A DNA stretch of 64,000 bases from the NCBI GenBank assembly GCA_963832225.1, contig CAWHTI010000002.1:298-64297 (forward strand), written 5' to 3'. Positions 10,056 to 21,450 of the stretch are shown here, in pieces (within the stretch, counting starts at the first letter, position 1; each line of letters starts with the position of its first letter). The position numbers and the translations under genes were made by a program. The notes beneath the pieces are model-generated. The model saw only the letters and a program-made list of their open reading frames with translations. It ran no database searches and had not been told where the DNA came from. The DNA comes from an uncultured Actinomycetes bacterium (GTDB lineage Bacteria; Actinomycetota; UBA4738; HRBIN12).

Positions 10056-11808
10056 ATGCAGTGCCCGCGATGTCAGGCCAAAAGTCCTGAGGGCAAGAAA
10101 TTTTGCGGCGATTGCGGCGCGCCGCTGGCGGTGCTGCCGGCGCAGGCCGGTGGAGATTCCGGCCGACATCGCCGGCGCCCGCGATGCGGTGCTGCGTGCG
10201 GTCGCCGAGCAGCGCCAGGCCGAGCAGGACTATCGCAAGATCTTCGAAGGCTCGGTCGACGGCATCTACGTCACCACGCCCGAGGGCGGGTGCTCAACGC
10301 CAATCCGGCGCTCGCGCGCATGATGGGCTACGACTCGCCGCAGCAATTGATCGACGGCGTCTCCGACATCTGCGCACTCGATCTACGTCGATGCCGCCGC
10401 GCGCGAGGAGTATCTGCTGCGCATGCAGCGCGACGGCATGGTGCGCGAGTACGAGTACCAGGTGCGCCAGCGCGACGGCAACATCCTGTGGCTGTCCGAC
10501 AGCGCCACCGCGGTGCGCGACGAGAACGGCCGCGTGGTGCGTCATGAAGGTACGGTGCGCGACATCACCGATCAGCGCCGCGCCGAGCAGGCGCTTGGCC
10601 GAAAGCCGCCGCCAGCTGCAGACCGTGATCGACACCGTGCCGGCGGTGATCAACGTCAAGGACACGAAGTTCCGCTACCTGTTGATGAACAAGTACATGG
10701 CGCGCATCTTCGACGTCGATCCCGAGGAGGCGGTGGGGCGCACCACCAACGAGATCATGGCGCGCTATGGCGCCTCGAAGGAAACCTCGGGCGACCAGCA
10801 GGTGCTCGCCACCGGCGAGGAGCTCGGCTTCTACGAGGAGGCCTATTTCGATTCCGCGCACCGCCTGCGGCACTGGATGGCCAACAAGGTGCCGGTGAAG
10901 AACGCCGAGGGCAAGATCGAGTACATCGTCACCGTCGCGCTCGACATCACCGACCGCAAGCGCAGCGAGCAGGAGACGCAGCGGGCGCGCGATTCCGCCG
11001 AGAACGCGCTGAAGAACCTGCGCGCGACCCAGAATTCGCTGATCGAGTCCGAGAAGCTCGCGGCGCTCGGCCGGCTGGTCGCCGGCGTCGCGCATGAGAT
11101 CAACAATCCGGTCGGCATCGGCGTGACGGTCGCGACCGCCCTGCAGCGGCGCTGCAGGCTGTTTGCGGAAGAGGTCGCGCGCGGCGAGCTGAAGCGCTCG
11201 ACGCCTCAACGCGTTCATCCAGGCGAACATCGATGCCGCAAGCCAACTCGTGTCGAACCTCAACCGCGCCGCCGAGCTGATCCAGTCGTTCAAGCAGGTG
11301 GCGGTCGATCGCAACGTGCCGGACCGCCGCGCAGTTCAACCTCGCCGACATCACCGAGCAGATCGTCACCAGCCTGCGGCCCGGCCTGCGCTCGCGCAAC
11401 CTGACGCTGACGGTCGATTGCGCGCCGGACCTCGACATGAACAGCTATCCCGGTCCGTACGGCCAGGTGGTCACCAACCTGTTCCTGAACTCGGTCGCGC
11501 ACGCGTTTCCGACCAATGCGGCGGGCGAGCTCATCATCACCGCGCGCGAAGCCGGCGCTGATCATGTGGAGATCGTCTATTCCGACAACGGCGTCGGCAT
11601 GACCGACGAGGTGAGGCGGCACGCGTTCGATCCGTTCTTCACCACGCGCCGCGACAAGGGCGGCACGGGCCTCGGCCTCAACATCGTGCACAACATCATC
11701 ATCAACCGTCTCGGTGGACGCATCGATCTCGCTTCGGAGGTCGGCAAGGGAACGCGATTCCACATCGTGCTGCCGCGCGTCGCACCGCTGGAGCGCGCAG
11801 CGGAATAG
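10056..11808 (+). pseudogene. Cytoplasmic sensor histidine kinase: N-terminal zinc ribbon, two PAS domains, HisKA, HATPase_c; frameshifted
   Basis: Pieces are [24 protein letters not shown]; PAS-like [20 protein letters not shown] and [16 protein letters not shown]; H-box [16 protein letters not shown]; ATPase part YGQVVTNLFLNSVAHAF..DNGVGM..FDPFFTTR..GTGLGLNIV. No transmembrane segment is seen. Confidence 0.8.
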
Positions 11809-12115
11809 ATCGTCGCCATTTTCTGCTTCTGAACAGCTCCAATTTCCATCGGTTCATGCGGGGCCGCGAAATGCGACGCAATGCACCTGTTTCAAGCGCT
11901 GCCTGCAACACATTGCGGCATCCGACTTGGTGACATAAATCACGGTGTTTACATTTGCCGTCGATAGATTATCTAGCGCCTGAAACAGGCTAATCCGTTG
12001 AACTTTCACAGCGTCGCGAACGACAAATGCGTGCATGAATTCCGAACTGACTACCGCGCATCGTGGCCCGCAAGGCAAATCTTCTCCTGACGATCATCCT
12101 GACAAAACGAAACGC

Positions 12116-12891
12116 ATGAGCGCCTTCAACAAAGAGCAAGTTCTTTCCGTGCGTCACTGGACGGACTCGCTGTTCTCCTTCACCACCACCCGCGATCCGG
12201 GGTTCCGGTTCCTCAATGGCCAGTTCACCATGATGGGCCTCGAGGTCAACGGCCGGCCGCTGCTGCGCGCCTATTCGCTGGCGAGCGCCAATCACGAGGA
12301 GCAGCTGGAATTCTTCTCGATCAAGGTTGCCGAACGGTCCGCTGACCTCGCTGCTGCAGAAGATCAAGGAAGGCGACACCATCCTGGTCGGCCGCAAGGC
12401 CACCGGCACGCTGATCACCGACAACCTGCTCGCCGGCTCGCGGCTGCTGCTGCTGTCGACCGGCACCGGGCTCGCGCCGTTCGCGAGCCTGATCAAGGAT
12501 CCGGACGTGTACGAGCGCTTCGAGAAGATCGTGCTGGTGCACGGCTGCCGTCAGGTCTCCGAGCTCGCCTATGGCGAACGGCTCGTCGCCAAGTCTCTCG
12601 GACGACGAGTACTTCGGCCCGGTGCTGAAGGAGAAGCTCGTCTACTATCCGACCGTCACCCGCGAGCCGTTCCGCAATCGCGGCCGCATCACCGACCTGA
12701 TCACCACCGACCGGTTGTTCGCCGACACGGATCTGCCGTCGCTCAACCTCGAGACCGACCGCATCATGATGTGCGGCAGCCCGAGCATGCTGGAAGACCT
12801 GCGCGTGCTTCTCGAGGAGCGCGGCTTCAGCGAGGGCAATCACAGCCACCCCGGTCACTTCGTGATCGAGAAGGCCTTCGTCGAGCGCTGA
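12116..12891 (+). pseudogene. fpr: Ferredoxin-NADP+ reductase (Fpr type), two frame hops
   Basis: Pieces are MSAFNKEQVLSVRHWTDSLFSFTTTRDPGFRFLNGQFTMMGLEVNGRPLLRAYSLAS..LEFFSIKV / NGPLTSLLQKIKEGDTILVG..LLLLSTGTGLAPFASLIKDP / YYPTVTREPF..RIMMCGSPSMLEDL..HFVIEKAFVER*. Confidence 0.85.
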
Positions 12892-12904
12892 GCTTCGACG
12901 CAAA

Positions 12905-12945
12905 GAAAAACTCCCGCGCAGCGATGCGCGGGAGTTTTCTTTTGT
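12905..12945. terminator. Bidirectional rho-independent terminator between convergent fpr and the binding-protein gene
   Basis: The sequence aaaaactcccgcgc-agcgat-gcgcgggagttttctttt has a 9-bp GC stem flanked by an A-tract and a T-tract. Confidence 0.8.
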
Positions 12946-12957
12946 CGGTATCCAGAT

Positions 12958-14105
12958 CTACTTCACCAGGACGTACTTGCCATCCTTGACCGTGAGCAGG
13001 ATGCGCGCACGCTCGTCGACGCCAAAACGGTCCTTCTCCGTAAAATTGTAGACGCCCTGGCTCGCGGCGATCTCCTTCTCCGAATTGAGCGCCGTGCGTA
13101 GCGCCTCGCGGAATCGGCCGTGCCGGGCTTGCCGCTCTTCAGCGCGATCGGCACGACGCGCTTCATCACCTCGAACGCATCGTACATGTGCGCGCCGAAC
13201 TGGTTGCGCGAGTTCTCGCCGTACTTCTTCTCGTACAGCGCATTCAGCTCCAGTCCGGGCTTCTTGGTCAGCGCCTTGTCGTCCTGGCCTTCCGGCGCCA
13301 TCACCGGGCCGGACGCCATGATCACGCCTTCGGCGGCCTTGCCGGCGATGCGGATGAAGTCGTAGGTCGCAGCCCCATGCGTCTGGTAGATCAGACCGGC
13401 GTAGCCGCGCTCGCGCAGCGCGGCCTGCGGCAGCGCTGCGCCTGTGCCCGATGCGCCGATCAGGATCGCGTCGGGTTTTGCCGCCACGAGCTTCAGCACC
13501 TGGCCCGTCACCGACGTGTCAGGCCGCGCATAACGTTCCTCGGCGACCACCGTCATGTTCATTGGCCCGGTCTGGGTTTTCAGGTCGTTCAGCCAGAGGT
13601 CGCCGTACGAATCCGAAAAGCCGATGTAGCCGATCGTCTTCACGTTGTTCTTCTTCATGTGCTCGTACAGCGCCTTGCCGACGATCGGCACGGGCTGCGG
13701 CATCACCACTGTCCATTTTTCACGGGCCGGCGTGAACGGCATCGGCGCAAGCGCGAAGTGCGGCACCGCCGCCTCGTTGGCGACGGTCGAGACGGCGATC
13801 GTCGGCGGCGTGGTCGAGGAGCCGACCAGGATGTCGGCCCTGGATTCGGTCAGGAGGCGTCGCGCATTGGTGGTGGCTGTGGTCGGATCGCCGGCGTCGT
13901 CCAGCAGCACGGTCTTGATCTTCACCCCGCCGATCTCGGCCGGCACGAACTCGACGACGTTGCGCTCGGGGATGCCAAGTGCGGCGGCGGGTCCGGTGGT
14001 GGAGATGGTGATGCCGACGACGAGCTCCTGCGCGGCTGCCGGTGCAGAAAGCGCGGTCAGCCCGAGCAGCGCCGCTACGAGCGGTCCCGACAATCTGGAC
14101 GTCAT
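12958..14105 (-). pseudogene. LivJ-type (branched-chain amino acid family) ABC substrate-binding protein, one frame hop near ~13120
   Basis: Signal peptide MTSRLSGPLVAALLGLTALSAPAAAQE is followed by LVVGITISTTGPAAALGIPERN..LLDDAGDPTTATTNARRL..ILVGSSTTPPT..KTIGYIGFSDSYG. The C-terminus FREALRTALNSEKEIAASQGVYNFTEKDRFGVDERARILLTVKDGKYVLVK* is in another frame. Confidence 0.8.
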
Positions 14106-14187
14106 TGATCGTTTCCTCTTTTGGTCATGCTTGTTGTACCCAAGCCTGTCTAGCGGGGGCATAATCGGTGTCAATCGGCGGTTGGTC

Positions 14188-15710
14188 TCAGGCGAACGCC
14201 GACCAGTCCACCGGGCCGCGCACGTAGCCATAGCGCAGGTTGCTGCGCGCCGGGCCGTTGCGCTCGTACTCGTCCTTCATCAGCGCAAAGCGGTCGCGGT
14301 TCGGGCCGATGTCGGTGCGCTTGCTCATGTCGTAGTTGTAGAGCTTCGCGTTGGTGCCGCCAAAGATCATGTTCTTGATCGGGCCGTCGGCCGCGCCGAT
14401 CGGCTTGAAGCCGTACTTCTTCTGCATGTCGTCCGGAATCTCCAGCCGGCGCAGCGCCTCGATCTGCCACTGCGGCGAGCCGGTCCACACCGCGTCCGTG
14501 CCCCACACCACGCGCTCATAGCCGAGGCCCTTGCCGAGGATGCCCATCATGGCAGCGCCGAGCAGCGGCTCCGCGACGACGCTCTGGGCGAACAGCTGGC
14601 CGACGTCGGCGTAGACATTGGTGACGCCGAACTTGTCGGGGATCTCGGCAAGGTCGCTGACCCAGGAGACGCGTCCGGTCTGCTCGAACTCCTTCCAGCC
14701 GGCGTCGGCGCGGCCGCCGCCGGCATGGCGATAGCCGCCGTGATAGATGATGAAGTTCAGCTGCGGCCAGTCTTTCGCCGCCTTGCCGACGTCGCTGACG
14801 TCGGCGTAGGCGAGCAGATGCGGCCAGCGTTTTGCGGTCGCCTCCGGGAACAGGCCCTTGTGCACGCAGATGTTCTTGATGCCGTATTTCACGGCGAGCT
14901 CATAGCCCTTGTAGGTGATCTTCTCGTCGTCCATCCGCCAGGGATGTTTGGCGTGGTCCTTGTTGGTGTTGTCGCCGACGGTATAGCCCTTGATCAATTC
15001 CGGCTTGCGCGCGAGCGAGCCTTCCAGGTGCTCGAGCCAGCCGTCCCAGCCGGGCGTGAAGATCGCGTGCGCGAACATGCGGCGGCTGCCCGCTTCCTTG
15101 TTCACCTTGTCGCGCGCCTCGATCATCATCTCGTTGGTGAGGAACCAGTCGCGCGGGATCTCAGACGGCGACGACGAGATCAGCGCGATCTTGGTGTCGC
15201 TGTCGAGGTAGATTTCCTTGAAGTAGTTGTTGAACTTCAGATCATCGAGCGTCTGCGGCTTGTCGACCAGCGCCGGATTCCAGCCGCCTTGCCGACTGCC
15301 TCGCGCGAGCGCACGAAATTCACCAGCCGCGTGTCGTCGCGCAGGAAATGCGTGTGCATGTCCATGATGAACTGGTCTTTCAGCGCATTGGCGCGCTCCT
15401 GCGCCATCGCGGGCGTCGCCGCTTCGGCGCGGCTCGCGTCGAACACCGTGCCGAACGTGTCGTTCAGCGCGACAAAGCCCGCCGCCATGCCGGCCGCGGT
15501 CTGGAAGAACTGGCGGCGGCTGAGGCCCTGTTGCTGCCGAGCTCGTCGGCCATGGAGAGCAGCCGCGCCTCGACCTCCTTCTGCTTCTCGCTCTGCGGGG
15601 GCGGGCGTGTATTCGTCGCTGGAGACGATCTGGGTCGGGATCGGCGTTGCATGCGGCAGCAATTCCGACGGATTGAGCTCTTTGATCTCTTGTTCGGTCA
15701 GGAAACCCAT
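14188..15710 (-). pseudogene. Tat-signal amidohydrolase-family (Amidohydro_2-like) protein, frameshifted
   Basis: It starts MGFLTEQEIKELNPSE with a GGAGG RBS. It has the Tat motif SRRQFFQTAAGMAAGFVAL, then DQFIMDMHTHFLRDD and a long intact C-terminal part (ORF 14188..15129: KGYTVGDNTNKD..NICVHKGLFP..FIIYHGGYRH..VVWGTDAVW). Confidence 0.75.
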
Positions 15711-15847
15711 ATCAGCCTCCTCATGCCTGCCGTTCCGGCGTTGGGCCAAGACTAGCAGATTTCGCCTCGGCGAGGCAGGGCAACGGTGTTGCGGCGCGCG
15801 GAACAAGCCGCGTGCGTTGAAAGGCGGATTGTGGTCGAATGGCGCAG

Positions 15848-16014
15848 CTAGTGTCCCGAATCCGAAGTTCGCCATACTTTGCAGCGCGCTCAGAGCGAAC
15901 TTCGGATTCGATAAGGACACTAGCAAATTATAATTCTAGTGTCGTTTATGGATCAGAAATTCGCACGATGAACTCGCGGAAACGATGGTGCGAATTTCTG
16001 ATCCACGACACTAG
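15848..16014. repeat. Nested-palindrome intergenic repeat, full copy (two ~76-79-nt hairpins bounded by CTAGTGTC/GACACTAG)
   Basis: Hairpin A is 15848-15923, a spacer caaattataatt follows, and hairpin B is 15936-16014. Its reverse complement matches 4995-5138. It lies between the divergent amidohydrolase (start 15710) and the VOC gene (start 16041). Confidence 0.85.
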
Positions 16015-16040
16015 TGCAGAATTACGACGAGGAATGAGAC

Positions 16041-16775
16041 ATGGCTTTTTCGCTCGATCACGTGGTCATCGCCGTCTCCGAGCTCGAACAGACAATCGCT
16101 GACTATCGCGCGCTCGGCTTCACGGTCTATCCGGGCGGCGTGCACCACGGCGGCGTTTCGCACAATGCGCTGGTGATCTTCGCCGACGGCTCATATTTCG
16201 AGCTGATTGCGTATCGGCAGGCCGCGCCCGACGTGCGCTGGTGGCAGGTGCTGTCGAAGGCGGGTGAAGGGTTTGTCGATTTCGCCCTGCTGCCCCAGAA
16301 TGCCGCGCGCGATGCCGACAATGCCCGCGGACGTGGCCTCGACCTGGTCGGACCGACCGCCGGCGGCCGGGTGCGGCTCGACGGCGCGCGGCTCGACTGG
16401 CAGACCGTGCGGCCGACAACCACCGATCTGCCGTTCTGGTGCGGCGACGTCACCCCGCGCAACTTGCGGGTTCCGGAAGGCGACATGCGGACGCATGCAA
16501 ACGGCGTGACGGGCGTCGCCTCGCTGAAGGTTGCGGTCGCCGACGTCGCAAGGAGCGCCGATCGCTACGCAGCGCTGGCCGGCGCAGGTGCCGTCAGCCG
16601 GGCCAACGGCGGCGTGCGCGTGACGCTCGGTTCCACCACATTTGAGCTCGTGGCCGATGCCGCGCATGTCGCAAAGCGCGGCGAGGGGCCGATGTCGCTC
16701 GTGCTGCGCGGGCCCGCCGCAAAGGCGCTGGACACGAAGCTTGCGCACGGCGCGGTGCTGTCGATTGCGCCTTAG
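16041..16775 (+). CDS. VOC/glyoxalase-like domain protein
   Basis: Intact 244-aa ORF: MAFSLDHVVIAVSELEQTIADYRALGFTVYPGGVHHGGVSHNALVIFADGSYFELIAY.., a glyoxalase-like fold pattern. Confidence 0.6.
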   Translation: MAFSLDHVVIAVSELEQTIADYRALGFTVYPGGVHHGGVSHNALVIFADGSYFELIAYRQAAPDVRWWQVLSKAGEGFVDFALLPQNAARDADNARGRGLDLVGPTAGGRVRLDGARLDWQTVRPTTTDLPFWCGDVTPRNLRVPEGDMRTHANGVTGVASLKVAVADVARSADRYAALAGAGAVSRANGGVRVTLGSTTFELVADAAHVAKRGEGPMSLVLRGPAAKALDTKLAHGAVLSIAP

Positions 16776-17972
16776 ATCATGAAGCTCACCACGCGAGCTC
16801 GAGGATCTCCATCACCTGGGCCGTCGGTCGTCACCGGCTTCGGGTTGGTCTTCATCGGCGGGTCGCGCAGCGATTTCGCGGCGATGTCGTCGAGCTGCTC
16901 GCGCTTGATGCCGACGTCGCGCAGCCGCGTCGGCACGCCGAGCTTTGTCGCAAAGGCAAGGATTGCGTCGGCGAGCTTGTCGCCGGCAACGCCGATCACG
17001 TCGCCCGCATGGGCCTGTCGCGCGGCGTTCGCATCGTAGTTCCAGCGCAGCACCGAGGGCAGGCAGACGCCGGTGGTGTGGCCGTGCGGCACGCCGTAGC
17101 CGCCGATCACGTGACCGATGGCATGGCTGGCGCCGACCGGCACGCCGCTGGTGCCGCCGAAGATCGACAGCCACATGCCGAACTGGCAGTCCATCCGGAG
17201 TTTCAGATGTCGTTGGCCCGCCGAGCTGCGGCAGCGAGGTGTAGAGCAGTTTCAGCGCCGACACCGAGGCGGCATCCGCGAGCGGCGGCGCTTCAACGCG
17301 CAAAGCCGTTCCACGGCGTGGTCGACCGCCTTCATGCCGGTCGCGAGCAGGAGCGGGAGCGGCGAAGCCAGCGTCGCGGCCGGATCGAGCACCACCACCT
17401 GCGGCACGAACAGCGGGTTCGCGAACGATTCCTTCACCAGCCGCGCGGGTCGGTGACGCCGGCATACCAGGTGAATTCGGCGGCGGAAAACATCGTCGGC
17501 ACCGCCAGCATGCGGATGCGGTCCCGGCATCGTCCGGATAGTGGCTCGGGTCGCCCTGCCGTCCGCCGCGATAGGGGTCCATCTCGCTTCGCGTCCGTTC
17601 AGCCCGTGCCACAGGCACAGCAGCATCGCCTTGGTCGCGTCGACCACCGAGCCGCCGCCGACCGCGACCAGCAGATCGGCTTTGGCCTCGCGCGCCGCTG
17701 GCGGCGCCCTCGATCACGCAACTGCGCGGGGTGTGCGCGGTGATGCCGGAATAGAGGCCGACGAATTTGTCGCCGAGCGCCCGGCCGATTTCGCGCGGCA
17801 GCGCGTTGTCGCCGGCAAGCGAGCCGCTGGTGGTGATGAAGATGCGCGACTTGCCGAGCTTTTGCGCCTCCTCGACGATCACCTCGGCCGCCGGCCGGCC
17901 GTGCACGACGCGCTCCTGCAGGAAATTGCGCTGGATGCCGGGTGTCAGCGATTGTGCCGGTTTGTCGAGCAT
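16772..17972 (-). pseudogene. Iron-containing alcohol dehydrogenase family (maleylacetate reductase-like), frameshifted
   Basis: Pieces are MLDKPAQSLTPGIQRNFLQERVVHGRPAAEVIVEEAQKLGKSRIFITTSGS..; VDATKAMLL..VVVLDPAATLASP..TGMKAVDHAVE; and C-terminal HAIGHVIGGYGVPHGHTTGVCLPSVLRWN. These lie in three minus frames. Confidence 0.7.
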
Positions 17973-18056
17973 GACCTGTTCTCTTTCATCGGTTGCCGGC
18001 GATGATGCAGCAAAGCCTGCAAGCGCGCCAGTTTGGCCGGGCAGGGGAGCCAAACG

Positions 18057-18083
18057 AAAACGCCCGGCCTGCGCCGGGCGTTT
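18057..18083 (-). terminator. Rho-independent terminator after the DppA-type binding-protein gene
   Basis: The sequence aaaacgcccggc-ctgc-gccgggcgttt has an 8-bp GC stem. On the minus strand it is followed by a T-tract. Confidence 0.75.
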
Positions 18084-18107
18084 CCAATTGTTCGAGCGGA
18101 AGGCCGC

Positions 18108-19809
18108 TCAGTAACCCATCTTCTTCTTCAGGTCCTGGTCGATCCAGAGGCGGGAATAGATCGGCCACGGGCGCACGGCGCCTGCGGTGTGCTCGCCATT
18201 GTAATTCTTCACCCACGGCCACCACGCGGTGAACGCCTTTGCCGTCGGCATCCAGATGTGCGGCGCCTTGTCGAGGATCTCGCGCGTCAGCTCGCGGATG
18301 GCGGCCTTGCGCTTGTCCTCGTCCGGCTCCTGCTGCATCGCCCGCACCTTCTTGTCGAACTCCGGATCGTTGTACATCGACGGATTCCAGAGCTGTCCGC
18401 CGACAAAATTCTTGAAGATGGCGAGCTGCGGATTGCTGTGGCCGATGTTCATGAAGTAGCCGGCCGCGTGCGTCTTGGTGCTCATCGCCGAGAGGAACGC
18501 CGCGTATTCCAGCGGCTGGATCTCGATCTTGACGCCGACCTGCTCAAGGTAGGCGGCGACCAGCGGCAGCAGGTCCAGATGCTGACGAGTTGGCGGGCGC
18601 GACCTGCACCTTGAAGGTGAAGCCGTTCGGATAGCCTGCCTCGGCCAGCAGCTTCTTGGCCTTCGCCGGGTCGTACGTGAACAGCTCCTTCACCGAGGCC
18701 GGCATGGCGCTCAACGGCTCATAGTAGCCCTCGTAGGCCGGATGCATCGGATAGGCGAGCAGCTCGGCGTTGCCGTTGTAGAAGGCCTTGATGATCTCTT
18801 CCTTGTTCACCGCCATGTTGAGCGCGCGGCGGACGCGGACGTCGTCGAACGGCTTCTGGTCGTTACGGAGCACCATCATGGTGCCGTAGAAGCTGACGCG
18901 CGGCAGCCACTTGATCTGAGGGTTCGTCTTCAGCTGGTCCATGTCCTGCCAGCTGAGCGTCTCCAGGATATCGATCTTGCCGGTGCGGAAGGCGGTGACG
19001 CGCGTGGAGTCGTCGCGGATGATGCGATAGACCACCTTGTCGACGAACGGCAGCTTGAACTCGGCTTCGCCGATCTTCTCCTTGTCCCAGTAGTCTGGCC
19101 GCTTCGTGTAGGTATGCGAGTTGCCGGGCACGTATTCGGTGAGCGCGAACGGGCCGGTGCCGGTCGCGTTCTTCCAGTCGGCTGCGCCGGCCGTCGCCAC
19201 TTCCTTCGGCATGATCGACGAGTTGTAGCCGTAGCCGATCCAGAACGGCCAGTCGGAGACGAAGTCCTTCATGTAGTAGACGACGGTGTACTTGTCGCGC
19301 GCCTCGACCTTCGTGATCTCGGTGAGGATGCCGGGCGGCCGCTTCGGGCTCTCGGCGCGATAAGTGTAGTTCCAGACGACGTCATCGGCGGTGAGCTCGC
19401 GCGCCTCCATCACGCCGGCCTTGGCCGGAAACATGATGCCCTTCTTCAGCCTGATGACGACCGCCAGCGGATCCTTCTGCACTTCCCAGCTTTCGGCGAG
19501 CTCGCCCTTGATCGCATCGGTCGGGATCCAGGCGTCGGCATGGAAGGCGTATTTGCCGCCATTGCGCGTGCCCTTGGAGAGGTCGGCGGTCAGCAGCATC
19601 TCATACATGCCGCCGGCGTCATGATTGATCTTCCAGGGCCAGTCCTTGTGGTCCCAGCTCAGCGCCGACAGGGTCGCGAAGATCGTGGCGACCTCCAGCG
19701 TCCCGCCATATTGCGGTTTCTCGGCGTTCTGGGCGAATGCATTCCCCGAGAGCAGCAAGGCTGCGCCGAATGCGCCGGCCTTCAACCAGCGATCCATTTT
19801 GAGCGACAT
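18108..19809 (-). pseudogene. ABC substrate-binding protein, family 5 (peptide/nickel, DppA-like), frame hop near ~18540-18600
   Basis: Signal peptide MSLKMDRWLKAGAFGAALLLSGNAFAQN is followed by PQYGGTLEVATIF..WDHKDWPWK..FVDKVVYRIIRDDSTRVTAFRTGKIDI. The C-terminal 125 aa are in ORF 18108..18485. The RBS is acGGAGGa. Confidence 0.8.
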
Positions 19810-20055
19810 GGAAATCCTCCGTAGCGTGATGCGGGGCGGCCGCTCTTGATCGGCGGCATCATCGGGTGCGAAGTCTAGGCCGATGCGTTGCATCGCGGAA
19901 GACCTCGCATGGGGTTCGATCGACCATTTTCAACGTCGCGAGGCAGGTGCGACAAAACGGAAGCTCAAGTCCGTTCCGCGGTGCGAAAGGCATCTTGCGA
20001 AGCAAGGGCCGTCATTGCATCCTTCACACCTCGCAGCAGCCAAGAAGGAACAGCG

Positions 20056-21409
20056 ATGAACGTTGTCGAAAACCTGATCGCCGACAAGGCGCTGGATGAA
20101 GCTGTGCGCGATGCGCGGACGGCCTATGTGGCGCGCAATCCGGCGAGCGCGAAGCAGTACGCTGCGGCGTCCGAAGTCATGCCTGGCGGCAACACGCGCA
20201 CGGTGCTGTTCTACGATCCGTTCCCGCTGACGATCCTGCGCGGCGAGGGCTGCGAGGTTTTTGACGCCGACGGCCACCGCTATTTCGATTTCATGGGCGA
20301 ATACACCGCGGGCCTTGCGGGCCATTCCAACCCGGTGATTGCGGAAGCGATCAAGCATGCGGTTGACAACGGTCTCAGCCTCTCTGGCCACACCCGCGTC
20401 GAATCCGAGTTCGCCGAAATCGTCGCGCGGCGCTTTCCGGCGATGGAGCTGCTGCGCTTCACCAACTCCGGCACCGAGGCGACGCTGCTGGCGCTGACGC
20501 TGGCGCGCATCACGACGGGCCGAAAGAAGGTGATGGCGTTCGACGGCGGCTATCACGGCTCCGTCTTCGTGTTCAAGGATGCGGTCAACCAGGTCAACGT
20601 GCCGTTCGACTGGGTGTTCGCGCCGTACAACGACGCAGCCGCCGCCGCAAAACTGATCGCGCAGCACAAGGACGAACTCGCGGCGGTGATCGTCGAGCCG
20701 ATGCAGGGCTCTGGCGGCTGCATCCCGGCCGAGCAGGAGTTTCTGTCGACGCTGCGCAAGGAGACCGAGAAGGCCGGTGCGCTGCTGGTGTTCGACGAGG
20801 TCATGACTTCGCGCCTTGCGCCGGGCGGCCTGCAGACGCGCTATGGCATCCGTCCCGACCTGATGACGCTCGGAAAATATGTCGGCTGGCGGCATGTCGT
20901 TCGGCGCCTTCGGCGGCCGGGCAGACCTGATGCAGCGGTTCGATCCGCGGCAGGCCGGTGCGCTTGGTCACGCGGGCACGTTCAACAACAACGTGCTCAC
21001 CATGTCGGCGGGCATCGCCGCGATGACCAGGGTCGTTACGCAGGAGAGGCTCGATGCGGTCAATGCCCGCGGCGATGCGCTGCGCACGCGGCTGCAGGGG
21101 CTTTGCCGTGAGCACAGTGCCCCGATTTGCGTCACTGGCATCGGCTCTCTGTTCACGATTCACGGTGTGGCGGGTCCGGTCCGCTCCAATGCGGACATCA
21201 CCGCACAGGACCAGCGGATCAAGGAACTGATGTTCTTCGATCTGCTGGAGCAGGGCATCTATCTGGCCCGGCGCGGCATGGCGGCGCTGTCGTTTGAGAT
21301 CAACGATGTCGCCTGCGATGCTTTTGCCGACGCATTCGACCAATTTCTCAAGCGACGCGCAGCGTTGTTTGCTACAGACGCGACCAGCCTACGCCGCGCC
21401 CGCGGCTAG
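20056..21409 (+). pseudogene. Class-III aminotransferase (glutamate-1-semialdehyde aminomutase-like), one frame hop near ~20885
   Basis: Pieces are MPGGNTRTVLFYDPFPL..DADGHRYFDFMGEYTAGLAGHSNPVI..FTNSGTEATLLAL..FDGGYHGS..LVFDEVMTSRLAPGG..DLMTLGKYVG then GMSFGAFGG..HAGTFNNNVLTMSAG. Confidence 0.8.
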
Positions 21410-21450
21410 TTCGCGTCCAATAAACGCGCAAAAATTGCAGGAGAAGAACA

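Noticed and set aside
4995-16014. Composite transposon bounded by the inverted nested-palindrome repeats
   Set aside because: No transposase lies within the 10.7 kb, and the cargo is ordinary catabolic and transport genes. The left copy is truncated by the junction, so the termini cannot be compared. The elements look like independent REP/MITE-type insertions in promoter regions.
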